Assembly: GCA_052279835.1 (NCBI GenBank)
Contig: CP181291.1
Location: 2,784,001 to 2,848,000, forward strand
From: Microcoleus sp.
Lineage (GTDB): Bacteria; Cyanobacteriota; Cyanobacteriia; Cyanobacteriales; Microcoleaceae
Length of the DNA stretch: 64,000 nt
Reading direction: 5' to 3'
Shown here: positions 52,292 through 61,357 of the stretch, in pieces
Layout: each line of letters begins with the position of its first letter
Numbering within the stretch: position 1 is the first letter of the stretch
Made by a program: the position numbers and the translations under genes
Notes under the pieces: generated by a model
The model's input: the letters and a program-made list of their open reading frames with translations, nothing else
The model's database searches: none
What the model was told of the DNA's origin: nothing

Positions 52292-53314
52292 ATGACACAA
52301 GATCGGACTAACTCGATCGACAACCCTAGCAATTGGGATGCTGTTATGTCAAAACCTCAGATATCAGCAATAATTTGTACCCACAATCGTCACAGCTATC
52401 TAGGTGCGGCGATCGACAGTTTACTGGTGCAGGATTTTCCTGACAACTTTGAAATAGTGGTAGTGGATAACGCTTCTAGCGATTTTGAAACTCCTGGTAG
52501 CTCAAAAACGCGAACCCGCCAAGTGGTAGAAGCAAGACTCCCTAATCCCCTACTCAAGTACATTTGGGAACCCGAACTAGGTTTGTCCGTAGCCCGCAAC
52601 AGGGGCGCAAAGGAAGCTGGCAGTGAAATTTTAGCCTATCTCGATGACGATGCCGTGGCCGAGTCCGATTGGCTCAGGGTGCTATACAGTGCCTATCAAA
52701 GCAATCCAAAATTGGCCGTAGCCGGTGGTAAAGTCAATTTGCTGTGGCCTTCTGGAGTCAGCCCTCCCAACTGGCTGTCCGCTGGATTGGCCCAAAATTT
52801 GGGAGCATATGATTTAGGAGAAAAGTGCATCTACATAACGGTGGCCGGATTGACTCCCAGGGGTGTAAACTACTCAATCCGACGCTCTTTTTTACAACAA
52901 ATTGGCGGTTTTGATGTCAAACTCGGTAGAATCGGCAACAAATTGTTGTCAAATGAAGAATTGCGGGCCACAGAACTAGCATTAGAGCTAGGTTGGCAAG
53001 TAATCTATGTACCGGAGGCTTTAGTGCTTCACAATGTAGATCCCTCGCGACTGCACAAAGCTTGGTTTATCGAGCGCGGGTGGTGGCAAGGCATCAGCGA
53101 GTGTTACCGGGAACAATTGTGCGATCGAGCCGGTATCAGTCAGCTTTGGCGCGGGGGCGAAAGAATACTCAGGGGTGCGTACAAGTCTTTTAAATACATT
53201 AAAAACCCAGGACTGCGCTTTGAAAATTTTGTTTTTGTCTGGGGTCAAATTGGTTATTTAAGTGCAGCCGTCCGTGGCATAATTTTTCCACCGAAATCGA
53301 CCCAGAGGCATTAG
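52292..53314 (+). CDS. Glycosyltransferase family 2
   Basis: IICTHNR, VVDNAS, GLSVARNRG and YLDDDA. Confidence 0.9.
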   Translation: MTQDRTNSIDNPSNWDAVMSKPQISAIICTHNRHSYLGAAIDSLLVQDFPDNFEIVVVDNASSDFETPGSSKTRTRQVVEARLPNPLLKYIWEPELGLSVARNRGAKEAGSEILAYLDDDAVAESDWLRVLYSAYQSNPKLAVAGGKVNLLWPSGVSPPNWLSAGLAQNLGAYDLGEKCIYITVAGLTPRGVNYSIRRSFLQQIGGFDVKLGRIGNKLLSNEELRATELALELGWQVIYVPEALVLHNVDPSRLHKAWFIERGWWQGISECYREQLCDRAGISQLWRGGERILRGAYKSFKYIKNPGLRFENFVFVWGQIGYLSAAVRGIIFPPKSTQRH

Positions 53315-53412
53315 GCTATAGGCAATATCCTTCGTTGTGTAGGGTTCCGCGGCGGTACCGATCGCATTTTATCCATCACAACTCGACCGCATTCAGTTTT
53401 AACCACTCGATT

Positions 53413-54390
53413 ATGACCTCTAGTCCATCCAAGATTCCGGTTTCGGTTCTCATTCCGGCAAAAGACGAAGAACTTAATCTACCTGCGTGTCTGGCAAGCA
53501 TTGCCAGGGCAGATGAAGTTTTTCTAGTTGATTCCCAAAGTAGCGATTTAACGGTAGAAATCGCCATCAGTAGTGGCGCAAAAGTAGTGCAATTCTACTT
53601 CGATAACCGCTGGCCAAAAAAGAAAAATTGGTCTTTAGACAACCTGCCCTTTCGTAACGAATGGGTATTAATTGTCGATTGTGACGAGCGGATTCCCCCA
53701 GAACTTTGGGATGAAATTGCCGAAGTCATTCAAGACCCAAATTTTGAGGGTTACTACCTCAATCGCAAAGTTTTCTTTTTAGGACAATGGCTGCGTTACG
53801 GAGGTAGATATCCCGACTGGAACTTGCGTTTGTTCAAGCATCAAAAAGGTCGTTACGAAAATCTGGGGACAGAATCGGTACCCAATACTGGCGACAACGA
53901 AGTTCACGAACACGTAATTTTAGCAGGTCCAGTGGGATACTTAAAAAATGATATGATTCACGAGGATTACCGCGATTTATTTCATTGGATAGAAAGGCAC
54001 AATCGCTATTCTAATTGGGAAGCTCGTGTTTATTACAATATTATTGAAGGGCGGGACGACAGCGGCACTATTGGCTCCAATTTATTTGGAGATGCAGTGC
54101 AGCGTAAGCGATTTCTCAAAAAAGTTTGGGTGCGGCTGCCTTTTAAACCAATGCTAAGATTTATTTTATTTTACTTTATTCAGTTCGGCTTTTTGGATGG
54201 AAAAGCTGGCTATATTTATGCAAGGTTATTGAGTCAGTATGAATATCAAATTAATGCAAAGCTTTATGAATTGCGTTGTTGTGGGGGTCAATTGAATGTG
54301 GCAGAAACCGAGGCTAAGTTGTCGCACCCAGAGAGTGATTCGGCGGTTAAAACCGCGGCTACACAAACGAAGTCTGCCTCCGCAGACTAA
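53413..54390 (+). CDS. Glycosyltransferase family 2
   Basis: VLIPAKDEE, VDSQSSD, IVDCDE, EVHEH and GFLDG. Confidence 0.9.
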   Translation: MTSSPSKIPVSVLIPAKDEELNLPACLASIARADEVFLVDSQSSDLTVEIAISSGAKVVQFYFDNRWPKKKNWSLDNLPFRNEWVLIVDCDERIPPELWDEIAEVIQDPNFEGYYLNRKVFFLGQWLRYGGRYPDWNLRLFKHQKGRYENLGTESVPNTGDNEVHEHVILAGPVGYLKNDMIHEDYRDLFHWIERHNRYSNWEARVYYNIIEGRDDSGTIGSNLFGDAVQRKRFLKKVWVRLPFKPMLRFILFYFIQFGFLDGKAGYIYARLLSQYEYQINAKLYELRCCGGQLNVAETEAKLSHPESDSAVKTAATQTKSASAD

Positions 54391-54534
54391 GAAATAAATG
54401 GGACATTTAAACCGAATTTTGTATGAGTCCGCGGAGGCGGACATTGTTTGTATAGCCGCGGTTTCCAACCGCCGGGTTTCTTCGTTTGTGTAAACGCGGT
54501 TTTAACCGCCCTAACTAACTCGAATTTGGCAATA

Positions 54535-54759
54535 ATACCAATTTTAAAAAAGAATGCAACAGTAGTCTTGTCCCTCCCCTTTATAAGGGGGGGTTAGGGG
54601 GGGTCAAAGATTGTTGCACGATTTTAGAAAAATGGTATAATACTAAATCCGGGTTACTTACCCCCTTTATGAAAGAGTGAACTAATTTCTCCCCCTCCCC
54701 CTCTCTCCCCCTCTCCCCCTCTTCAACAATAAAGGGGATGGATAACTCGGATTTGGTAT
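54535..54759. repeat. Two adjacent palindromic dispersed repeats
   Basis: TACCAATTT...AAATGGTA, then ATACTAAATCCGGGTTA...TAACTCGGATTTGGTAT. Confidence 0.55.
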
Positions 54760-54761
54760 GA

Positions 54762-56999
54762 CTACCGCCCATCGCCAATTAAAATAAAGGGCGACCAATA
54801 AAAAGGATGGCGCTGGATTTGACTCAACTTAGCTTGCCGCAAAGCTTCATTTTTACTCATCCCTTTATTGATATTTTGATAAAATTGAACCATCAAATCT
54901 TTAGTAGCTGAATCATCAACACTCCACAAACTCGCCATCACAGCTTGCGCGCCTGCACGCTCAAATACATAGGCAACTCCCGATATTTCTTCACCGTTAG
55001 AATTTGCTTGCAAAGCAGTTTGACACGCGCTTAAAGTGAGGAGTCTGGTGTTTTGCAATCCCAATAAGGCGGCATCGCGAATGTTGAATTGGCTGTCAGC
55101 AAATAGCAGCGTGTTTTCCTCCATCCCCAACTTTTGACAGCCTCCCGGTTGGAAACAGCCGTGAGTTGCGAGGTGCAAAAATGGAAAACGGGGTGCTTGA
55201 AGTTTGAATTGGTCGAGGGTGGCGTCATTGCCGGTATAGGCGGAACTTCCCGATAATAATTGAGCGATATTTCTCACTTCTGCTTCAGAAGCGGGTAGAT
55301 TTTGGGGCTGACGATTGACGGGATTTCCTAATGCTAACACTCCACCTTTTAAAGTCGAATTGGGAATTGACCTTGTGGAAATGCGGGTGAGATAGTTGAC
55401 GGGATATTTCTGGATGAGGAATTCATCATTTTTTTCGTCATACAGCGTTTCAAAGGGGATGTAGCGCAGTTTTCCCGTAGCGATGATGCTCAATTGTTTG
55501 GCGGAAGTAGCTTTGATTTGGTCTTCCACGGGACGAATCAGGATTTCGTAGAGTTTGCTGCCTGTTACGGTGAAGTTAGTGTCGCCAGAATTTTGCAGTT
55601 GTTCGCGGTATTGAGTGAGGAGTTTGTCGAATTCTGCGGGATTAATTGGGATTTTTTTAACACTTAAACTGTCTTTTGTCAAGACAAATAGGGCGACGGT
55701 ATTGGGAACATTTTTGACATTTGTCAGCAAGACGGGTTGAATGACTGCGGTATCTGGTGCGATACTTGCTTTCAGTTGGGCGATGTCTTTGGGTGTGGTT
55801 TCAAAGAGTTCGGCGACTTCAGGGAATTGGCGGGAGATTGCTTCGGCTTTGCGGTTGACTTCTGTTTCTAATTCCCGCATTTGTCGGGAGAGATTTTCGG
55901 AGAATTTGTCTTCGAGTTGGCGGCGGAGGTATTGGAGTTGTTGATTTTTTTGATTCCACTCGTCAATGGCTTTTTGTGCTTGGGGGTTGGATACTTTGGC
56001 GTTGATGAGGCGGGTGTAGTCGGCGAGATCGGCTGTGGTGGCGATGTTGACCCATTGAAAAGCGCGATCGGCTTGGTTTTGGTCAATGAGAAGGGAGGTA
56101 AGGGCGATCGGAGTTCCGCTTTTAGCTTCTAGAAACTTTTGCCTATTTTCTCGTTGTAAACCACTCCGCATTTTTAAGGTAATTTGGACAGATTGCTGCC
56201 AATTTGCGATCGCTTGATTCGGTTGCTTTGTATCTCGGTAAACTGCACCAATATTAGTTAATATAGTAGCTTCTTCAGAACGATATCTTAGTTTTTGGAT
56301 AATAGGTAAAGCTTGGTTATAGTATTTCAATGCTTCTTGCTGTTGCGAGATACTTTCGTAAGCGAAACCAATATTATTCAAAGTAGTAGCTTCCCCAGAG
56401 CGATCGCCCACTTCTCGCCTAATTGGTAAAGCTTGATTATAGTATTTCAATGCTTCTTGCGGTTGCGAGATACTTTCGTAGACTCCACCAATATTATTCA
56501 AAGTAGTAGCTTCCCCAGAGCGATCGCCCACTTCTCGTCTGATTGGTAAAGCTTGGTTAAAGTATTTCAATGCTTCTTGCGGTTGCGAGATACTTTCGTA
56601 AACTAAACCAATATTATTCAAAGTAGTTACTTCCCCAGAGCGATTGCTCACTTCCCGCCAAATAGGTAAAGCTTGGTTATAGTATTTCAATGCTTCTTGC
56701 GCTTGGGAGATACTGTTGTAATTAGAAGCAATGCTAGTGAGTGCTAAGGCTTCAATTTCTCTAATTTTCACTTGTCGCGTAATAACTAGAATCTGTTGCC
56801 ATGTTTTTATTGCTTCACCTAATTTTCCTTGCTGTTTCTCTTGCCTTGCTTGCTGTATAAGTCCCTTTATTTGTTCAATTATTTGTTCGGCTTGTGAATT
56901 TTGACTTTGCCCCCAACTAGGTTGAACCATCAGCGTTACAGTCAGAGGAGTCAGACACACACCCAAAACCAAAACACTGCTGATAAATCGTTTCATCAT
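54762..56999 (-). CDS. Secreted TPR-repeat CHAT (caspase-like protease) domain protein
   Basis: Signal-peptide-like N-terminus, 40-aa TPR units (120-bp DNA repeats at ~56290-56720), and CHAT motifs LHLATHG, LSACQT and ASLWSVDD. Confidence 0.92.
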   Translation of the reverse strand: MMKRFISSVLVLGVCLTPLTVTLMVQPSWGQSQNSQAEQIIEQIKGLIQQARQEKQQGKLGEAIKTWQQILVITRQVKIREIEALALTSIASNYNSISQAQEALKYYNQALPIWREVSNRSGEVTTLNNIGLVYESISQPQEALKYFNQALPIRREVGDRSGEATTLNNIGGVYESISQPQEALKYYNQALPIRREVGDRSGEATTLNNIGFAYESISQQQEALKYYNQALPIIQKLRYRSEEATILTNIGAVYRDTKQPNQAIANWQQSVQITLKMRSGLQRENRQKFLEAKSGTPIALTSLLIDQNQADRAFQWVNIATTADLADYTRLINAKVSNPQAQKAIDEWNQKNQQLQYLRRQLEDKFSENLSRQMRELETEVNRKAEAISRQFPEVAELFETTPKDIAQLKASIAPDTAVIQPVLLTNVKNVPNTVALFVLTKDSLSVKKIPINPAEFDKLLTQYREQLQNSGDTNFTVTGSKLYEILIRPVEDQIKATSAKQLSIIATGKLRYIPFETLYDEKNDEFLIQKYPVNYLTRISTRSIPNSTLKGGVLALGNPVNRQPQNLPASEAEVRNIAQLLSGSSAYTGNDATLDQFKLQAPRFPFLHLATHGCFQPGGCQKLGMEENTLLFADSQFNIRDAALLGLQNTRLLTLSACQTALQANSNGEEISGVAYVFERAGAQAVMASLWSVDDSATKDLMVQFYQNINKGMSKNEALRQAKLSQIQRHPFYWSPFILIGDGR

Positions 57000-57036
57000 T
57001 TTTATAATTCCCCAAATTCGATTAATAGAATAGGTA

Positions 57037-57189
57037 TCAAATGCAGAATCTTGACTTAATATAAGTATCGATTGTTGCCGTCGCAACTTCTTCTTTGTAT
57101 TGCTCTAACATTTTCATCACATTTGCATTCGGAATTGGTCGATTTGGTTCCGAAAGCACGTTAGTATCTAATAAAAATCGCAAACTCAC
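57037..57189 (-). pseudogene. Truncated PIN-domain (VapC) toxin
   Basis: GTG overlaps the upstream stop (GTGA). Translates MSLRFLLDTNVLSEPNRPIPNANVMKMLEQYKEEVATATI, then 10 unrelated residues and a stop at 50 aa. Confidence 0.75.
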
Positions 57190-57686
57190 AAAATAACCTC
57201 GCGCCCCGGTGATGAATCTCTGAGTCCCTCAAAAACCTCTCCCTCAATTCCTGCTTCTTCTAGATTGTTTTCTTGACGAAACTTTTGGATTGCTTCCCAA
57301 AAATTATGAGGTGGCTCGATCTGGCGTTCTTTCTCAATTTTAGCAATAATTTCAGTTAACTCAGCAGATACTTTAGTCAATTCTTTAGCTTTTTCCAGCA
57401 AGCGATCGACCAACGGTGATGGCAATAATTCCAGCGGCTCGTCAAAATCATCAGAAGTTGTAAGTAATCCTCGATCGCTCCCAAATCGGCTAGGTGTAGG
57501 CGAAGATTCTTCAACTTCATGCAAAGTTTCTGCTTCAACTGTTTCTTTGATACCTTTAACTTGAATCGATCTATCTGGCATCCTTTTTCTGAGATAAATT
57601 GCAGATATCAAGTCTGACCAAGTAAAGTTTTCAGGCAGTTTATCAATTAAGCTGCGGACTTCTTCTTTAAGATTGATGGTTTCCAT
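57186..57686 (-). CDS. Antitoxin-like protein, apparently a mosaic
   Basis: C-terminal FWEAIQKFR...FEGLRDSSPGREV typical of VapC-paired antitoxins; internal FGSDRGLL..SDDFDEPL motif. Confidence 0.65.
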   Translation of the reverse strand: METINLKEEVRSLIDKLPENFTWSDLISAIYLRKRMPDRSIQVKGIKETVEAETLHEVEESSPTPSRFGSDRGLLTTSDDFDEPLELLPSPLVDRLLEKAKELTKVSAELTEIIAKIEKERQIEPPHNFWEAIQKFRQENNLEEAGIEGEVFEGLRDSSPGREVIL

Positions 57687-57750
57687 CGGTTTTAGTAAAG
57701 AGAGTTGGGATTTTCATTCTAGTGCCACTCATATTTTACATTTGTTGCCA

Positions 57751-57937
57751 CAGTCCGGCGGGGGTTTAAACCCCCGACAGACTTTCGCGAGCACGAAATA
57801 TTTCCTAAAAAACCCCGTTTCTGCCCCCCAAAACTCTCCTCTTCAGTCCTCTTTTAGAGGACTTTCGCTATGAGGCGGGGGTTAAAAACCCCGACGGACT
57901 TTCGCTACGACGCGGGGGTTAAAAACCCCGACGGACT
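57751..57937. repeat. Palindromic repeat cluster related to the MITE-like family near mys
   Basis: AGTCCGGCGGGGGTTTAAACCCCCG, AGTCCTCTTTTAGAGGACT and a duplicated GCGGGG(G)TTAAAAACCCCGACGGACT. Confidence 0.6.
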
Positions 57938-58530
57938 CAATACGGAGTCGCTGCAATTGTCATCGTCTTTTTCTGCACGTCAAACTGCATTTCATCGACA
58001 ACAAATTGCCTGCCTTTCGCAACTCCCAAAATCCCCCGCAATTGCGCCCGATTCACGACAGGCGGCCCCAAATTCACCACAGCTTGACCTTTAACAGCAT
58101 CTTTCAGCTCAAAAGCACTGATGGGAATGCCACTCCATCTGGCTTGATTGTTAGTAGGTGGCGGGAGCTCGCCCCGAACAACTGGCCCTGGACGAGAATC
58201 TATATAAACTTCCGCAGTTTTGGGAAACACGATTTTCTCAATTTGACCCAAAGGGATGGATATCTTGTCCCTCCCTCGCTGAAGCGAGATTTTTTGCGTT
58301 TTCTCATCAATCTCTACTAATCTACCGCTTGTTGGTGCGCCCTTTTTCATAGAAATTTTTGCATCTGTCGGTAACGCTACGGGTATCGCCTGACTAGCGC
58401 TAGCCTGTGCTTGTACGGATGACAAATTCTGTTTCTGGACTTCCTGACTGGCCACATTAACTTGTGCTGCCATACCCGCTATAACCGTAAAAAGTGCTAC
58501 AACTAGAAAAGAAAGTGTTCTGCGTTTCAT
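57937..58530 (-). CDS. Hypothetical secreted protein
   Basis: MKRRTLSFLVVALFTVIAGMAA signal-peptide-like start; GGGGGA SD. Confidence 0.75.
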   Translation of the reverse strand: MKRRTLSFLVVALFTVIAGMAAQVNVASQEVQKQNLSSVQAQASASQAIPVALPTDAKISMKKGAPTSGRLVEIDEKTQKISLQRGRDKISIPLGQIEKIVFPKTAEVYIDSRPGPVVRGELPPPTNNQARWSGIPISAFELKDAVKGQAVVNLGPPVVNRAQLRGILGVAKGRQFVVDEMQFDVQKKTMTIAATPY

Positions 58531-58613
58531 AGTCCCCCTAGACCCCCTTCAAGGATAAGCGTTAATCCCCTAATGTCTTGAAATTGTACTACACATCCCT
58601 TGAAGGTGATTCC

Positions 58614-59507
58614 GTGACCGCTTCTCCCCAACCTACTCCCGAATCGAATATTTTAGGCAACTTTGCCAGTGTTGTTGGCTTGCTTGGTGCTGCTTTGTTT
58701 TTCACGGGCTGGATTTATCGCTGGTCTTATTTTTACTGCTTTCAGCTCAATGTAATTACCCTTGATTTACCAGTCGAATCGTTTTTCATAGTCCCGCTTC
58801 AGGTGTTTTTAGGTGATGGCTGGACAATACTTAGAAGCGCGATTGCCCTTCTGCTGACATCCCTGGCAATTTACCTCACTTTGTGGCTAGTAAATAGTAT
58901 CAACAAGACAGTTGCTGCTAAAATCAATGGCACAATCACACGGTGGCTTTCCTATCCTTACGGCAGAAGATTCAGGTGGCTTTACCGCATCCTGAACTCT
59001 TGGCAACAATTTAATGTCAATAGATATAACTCGATCAAATTATTGCGATCGCTCGTTGACGAAATTATCATCGTCGGTTGGGTATTGCTAGTCTTATTCT
59101 GGTCAGCTTACCACCAAGGCATTGCCGATGCCCGACGCGATGCCGGGGAAAATTCGCCTTTACCTGCCGTTGTTTTAATTGGCAAGCAAGATAATATTGC
59201 TTTAGGCAGAAAGCTCAATAATGCCTTTGATGAAAAACTTACTCTAGAAAAGTATAAATTTATTGGGGATAAAGGTTTATTTGACGATTGGCTAAGTAAG
59301 GCAGACACGGATACTTCTAACTCCAAAGAACCTAGAGTTTGGCGGTTGCTTTTGGAGAGAGGGAACTGGATTTATCTGTTTCCTGCTTTGACAACAGAAC
59401 AACAAAAAAACCCTCAATCTCGTCCGCCAGTGATGGCAATTCAACAAAGTCAATCGGGCGATCAATTTTTAATTATAAGTCCCCAACCTTCTCAACCATC
59501 TAAATAA
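58614..59507 (+). CDS. Hypothetical membrane protein
   Basis: About 3 hydrophobic segments; FTGWIYRWSYF motif; probable GTG start. Confidence 0.72.
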   Translation: MTASPQPTPESNILGNFASVVGLLGAALFFTGWIYRWSYFYCFQLNVITLDLPVESFFIVPLQVFLGDGWTILRSAIALLLTSLAIYLTLWLVNSINKTVAAKINGTITRWLSYPYGRRFRWLYRILNSWQQFNVNRYNSIKLLRSLVDEIIIVGWVLLVLFWSAYHQGIADARRDAGENSPLPAVVLIGKQDNIALGRKLNNAFDEKLTLEKYKFIGDKGLFDDWLSKADTDTSNSKEPRVWRLLLERGNWIYLFPALTTEQQKNPQSRPPVMAIQQSQSGDQFLIISPQPSQPSK

Positions 59508-59723
59508 AGTTTGAGCGGGTTGATGAGTTTGTTGATTTCCGGCAATTATTATTTGTAAAACCCGCTCCTACAGGATGAATGAGAATGCTGGAAGATACCA
59601 ATCTGAAATGAGGTAATACCAGTTTCATAAAGTCCTGCTATAGATCGATTTCTTAGCCCCCCCGAACTCGCGGGGGGGTTGGGGGGGTAGATATTTAGCG
59701 CTACTTTATGAAATGAGTAAACA

Positions 59724-60518
59724 TCATTTAATCAGTTCTTCTAGCGATGGAAATAGCAATTTTTCGGCGCTCACTTTTTCGCAATTGCAAGGTTCTTGAA
59801 TTGCGGATATTGCTGATACATTTCCTAGCAGCAATTGGATACTTTCTATGAGCAATGGTAGAGTTAATAAAATGATTGACGCTGATACTAGCAAGCTGAT
59901 TAATCCGTCGGCCCAATTCCAGTGCAGCCACGCTACGGCGATCGCCGCTAAGATTACTCCCACCGACGAAAATATATCGGCAACGGCGTGGAGAAAGGCG
60001 CTTTTGAGGTTCAAGTCGCCGTGACAGCAGGAATGCAAGCAGCAAGCGTTGATGGAATTGATGCTTAAACCGACTATGGCGGTAATTAACATCGGGAGTC
60101 CTTCGACTTCGGGGGTTGGGGACAGCAAACGGGCGATGGATTCGGCGCCAATCCATAGAGCGATCGCCACTAAACTGATACTATTAATTAAAGCGGCAAT
60201 GATTTCTGGACGCGCGGGAATTGGGGAAGAGGCGATCGCACAATTTACCGATTGACTTGTTTTAACTGACGAGTACCAAGTGGCGGTTAAAGTTATTGCT
60301 AAAGCTGCTACATCTGAAAAAACGTGACCGGCATCTGCTAATAGGGACAAACTATGAGAGTTGATGGCGGCGATTAACTCTGCTACGAAAAAGCTACTAA
60401 GTAGTACCAAAGCTGTTTGTAGAAGCCGCACTTTGGGATTTCTGGGATTGGGATTTTCCCCTGGGCCGAGATTCTTGGTGTTTTGAAAGTTAAAATTGTC
60501 CCTAACTGGAAATGTCAT
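59724..60518 (-). CDS. Cation diffusion facilitator (CzcD/ZitB-like), lacking the usual C-terminal domain
   Basis: SLSLLADAGHVFSD and NLKSAFLHAVAD metal-site motifs. Confidence 0.85.
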   Translation of the reverse strand: MTFPVRDNFNFQNTKNLGPGENPNPRNPKVRLLQTALVLLSSFFVAELIAAINSHSLSLLADAGHVFSDVAALAITLTATWYSSVKTSQSVNCAIASSPIPARPEIIAALINSISLVAIALWIGAESIARLLSPTPEVEGLPMLITAIVGLSINSINACCLHSCCHGDLNLKSAFLHAVADIFSSVGVILAAIAVAWLHWNWADGLISLLVSASIILLTLPLLIESIQLLLGNVSAISAIQEPCNCEKVSAEKLLFPSLEELIK

Positions 60519-60562
60519 TGAGCAGTCCTTAAAGTTAAACTTGATTTTCAATAAAATATTAG

Positions 60563-61240
60563 ATGACTCATTATACGCCAAGTCCCGACCCGGAACCGCA
60601 ACAGCTGATCGCAAATTCCCCAAATTCTCAAATCAATTACGATCCAATTGACGACAACGAACCACATACTTTCACAGGGGAATCTTTAGTTGATTTACGC
60701 AAGTACGATCAATCGAAGTTCGATCGCGGAAGGCCCGGTTGGGTAATTTTGCTTTGGTGGTTGGTACAGGCGATCGCTTTTCCGTTAACTCCACACCCTG
60801 TGAATGGTCTTAGAAGGTGGCTGTTGCGCTTGTTTGGAGCCAAAATAGGTTGTGGGGTGATTATCCGCCCTACAGCCCGTTTTACCTATCCTTGGAAAAT
60901 TGAAATCGGGGATTACAGTTGGATCGGAGATGATGTGGTTTTGTATAGTTTGGATCGAATTGCGATCGGCAAACACTGCGTCATATCTCAAAAAAGCTAC
61001 CTCTGCACCGGTAGTCATGACCCCCAAGACCCAGCCTTTGGGTTGATCGCAGCATCTGTTATCATTAATCATGGCGTTTGGATTGCCACCGACTGTTTCA
61101 TTGGTCCTGGTGTGGAAATCGGTGCTAACGCTTTAATAGGAGCTCGTAGCAGTGTCTTTAAAAATATGCCCGCCGACTTTGTTTGCATGGGTACTCCTTG
61201 TCGTCCGTGCACTCGACGAGAAATCAAAAAAAGTTCCTAG
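60563..61240 (+). CDS. WcaF-like hexapeptide-repeat acetyltransferase (polysaccharide biosynthesis)
   Basis: LLRLFGAKIG, YPWKIEIGDYSWIGDD and YLCTGSHD. Confidence 0.88.
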   Translation: MTHYTPSPDPEPQQLIANSPNSQINYDPIDDNEPHTFTGESLVDLRKYDQSKFDRGRPGWVILLWWLVQAIAFPLTPHPVNGLRRWLLRLFGAKIGCGVIIRPTARFTYPWKIEIGDYSWIGDDVVLYSLDRIAIGKHCVISQKSYLCTGSHDPQDPAFGLIAASVIINHGVWIATDCFIGPGVEIGANALIGARSSVFKNMPADFVCMGTPCRPCTRREIKKSS

Positions 61241-61357
61241 TGAGCATTTAAATTGTATCAAAACTTGGTAGTAATAACTTCAGTCCTTTTTTATCCAGCT
61301 TTGGACCTAGGACTAAAGTCCTTACTACTAAAATACCCCATTTTTTCTCAGTTAAAA

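Noticed and set aside
52188..52292. Cobalamin riboswitch upstream of cobU
   Set aside because: The gap is only ~100 bp, AT-rich, and has no B12-box.
56290..56720. Regular ~120-bp repeats as a CRISPR array
   Set aside because: They are in-frame TPR coding repeats without unique spacers, and there are no cas genes in the window.
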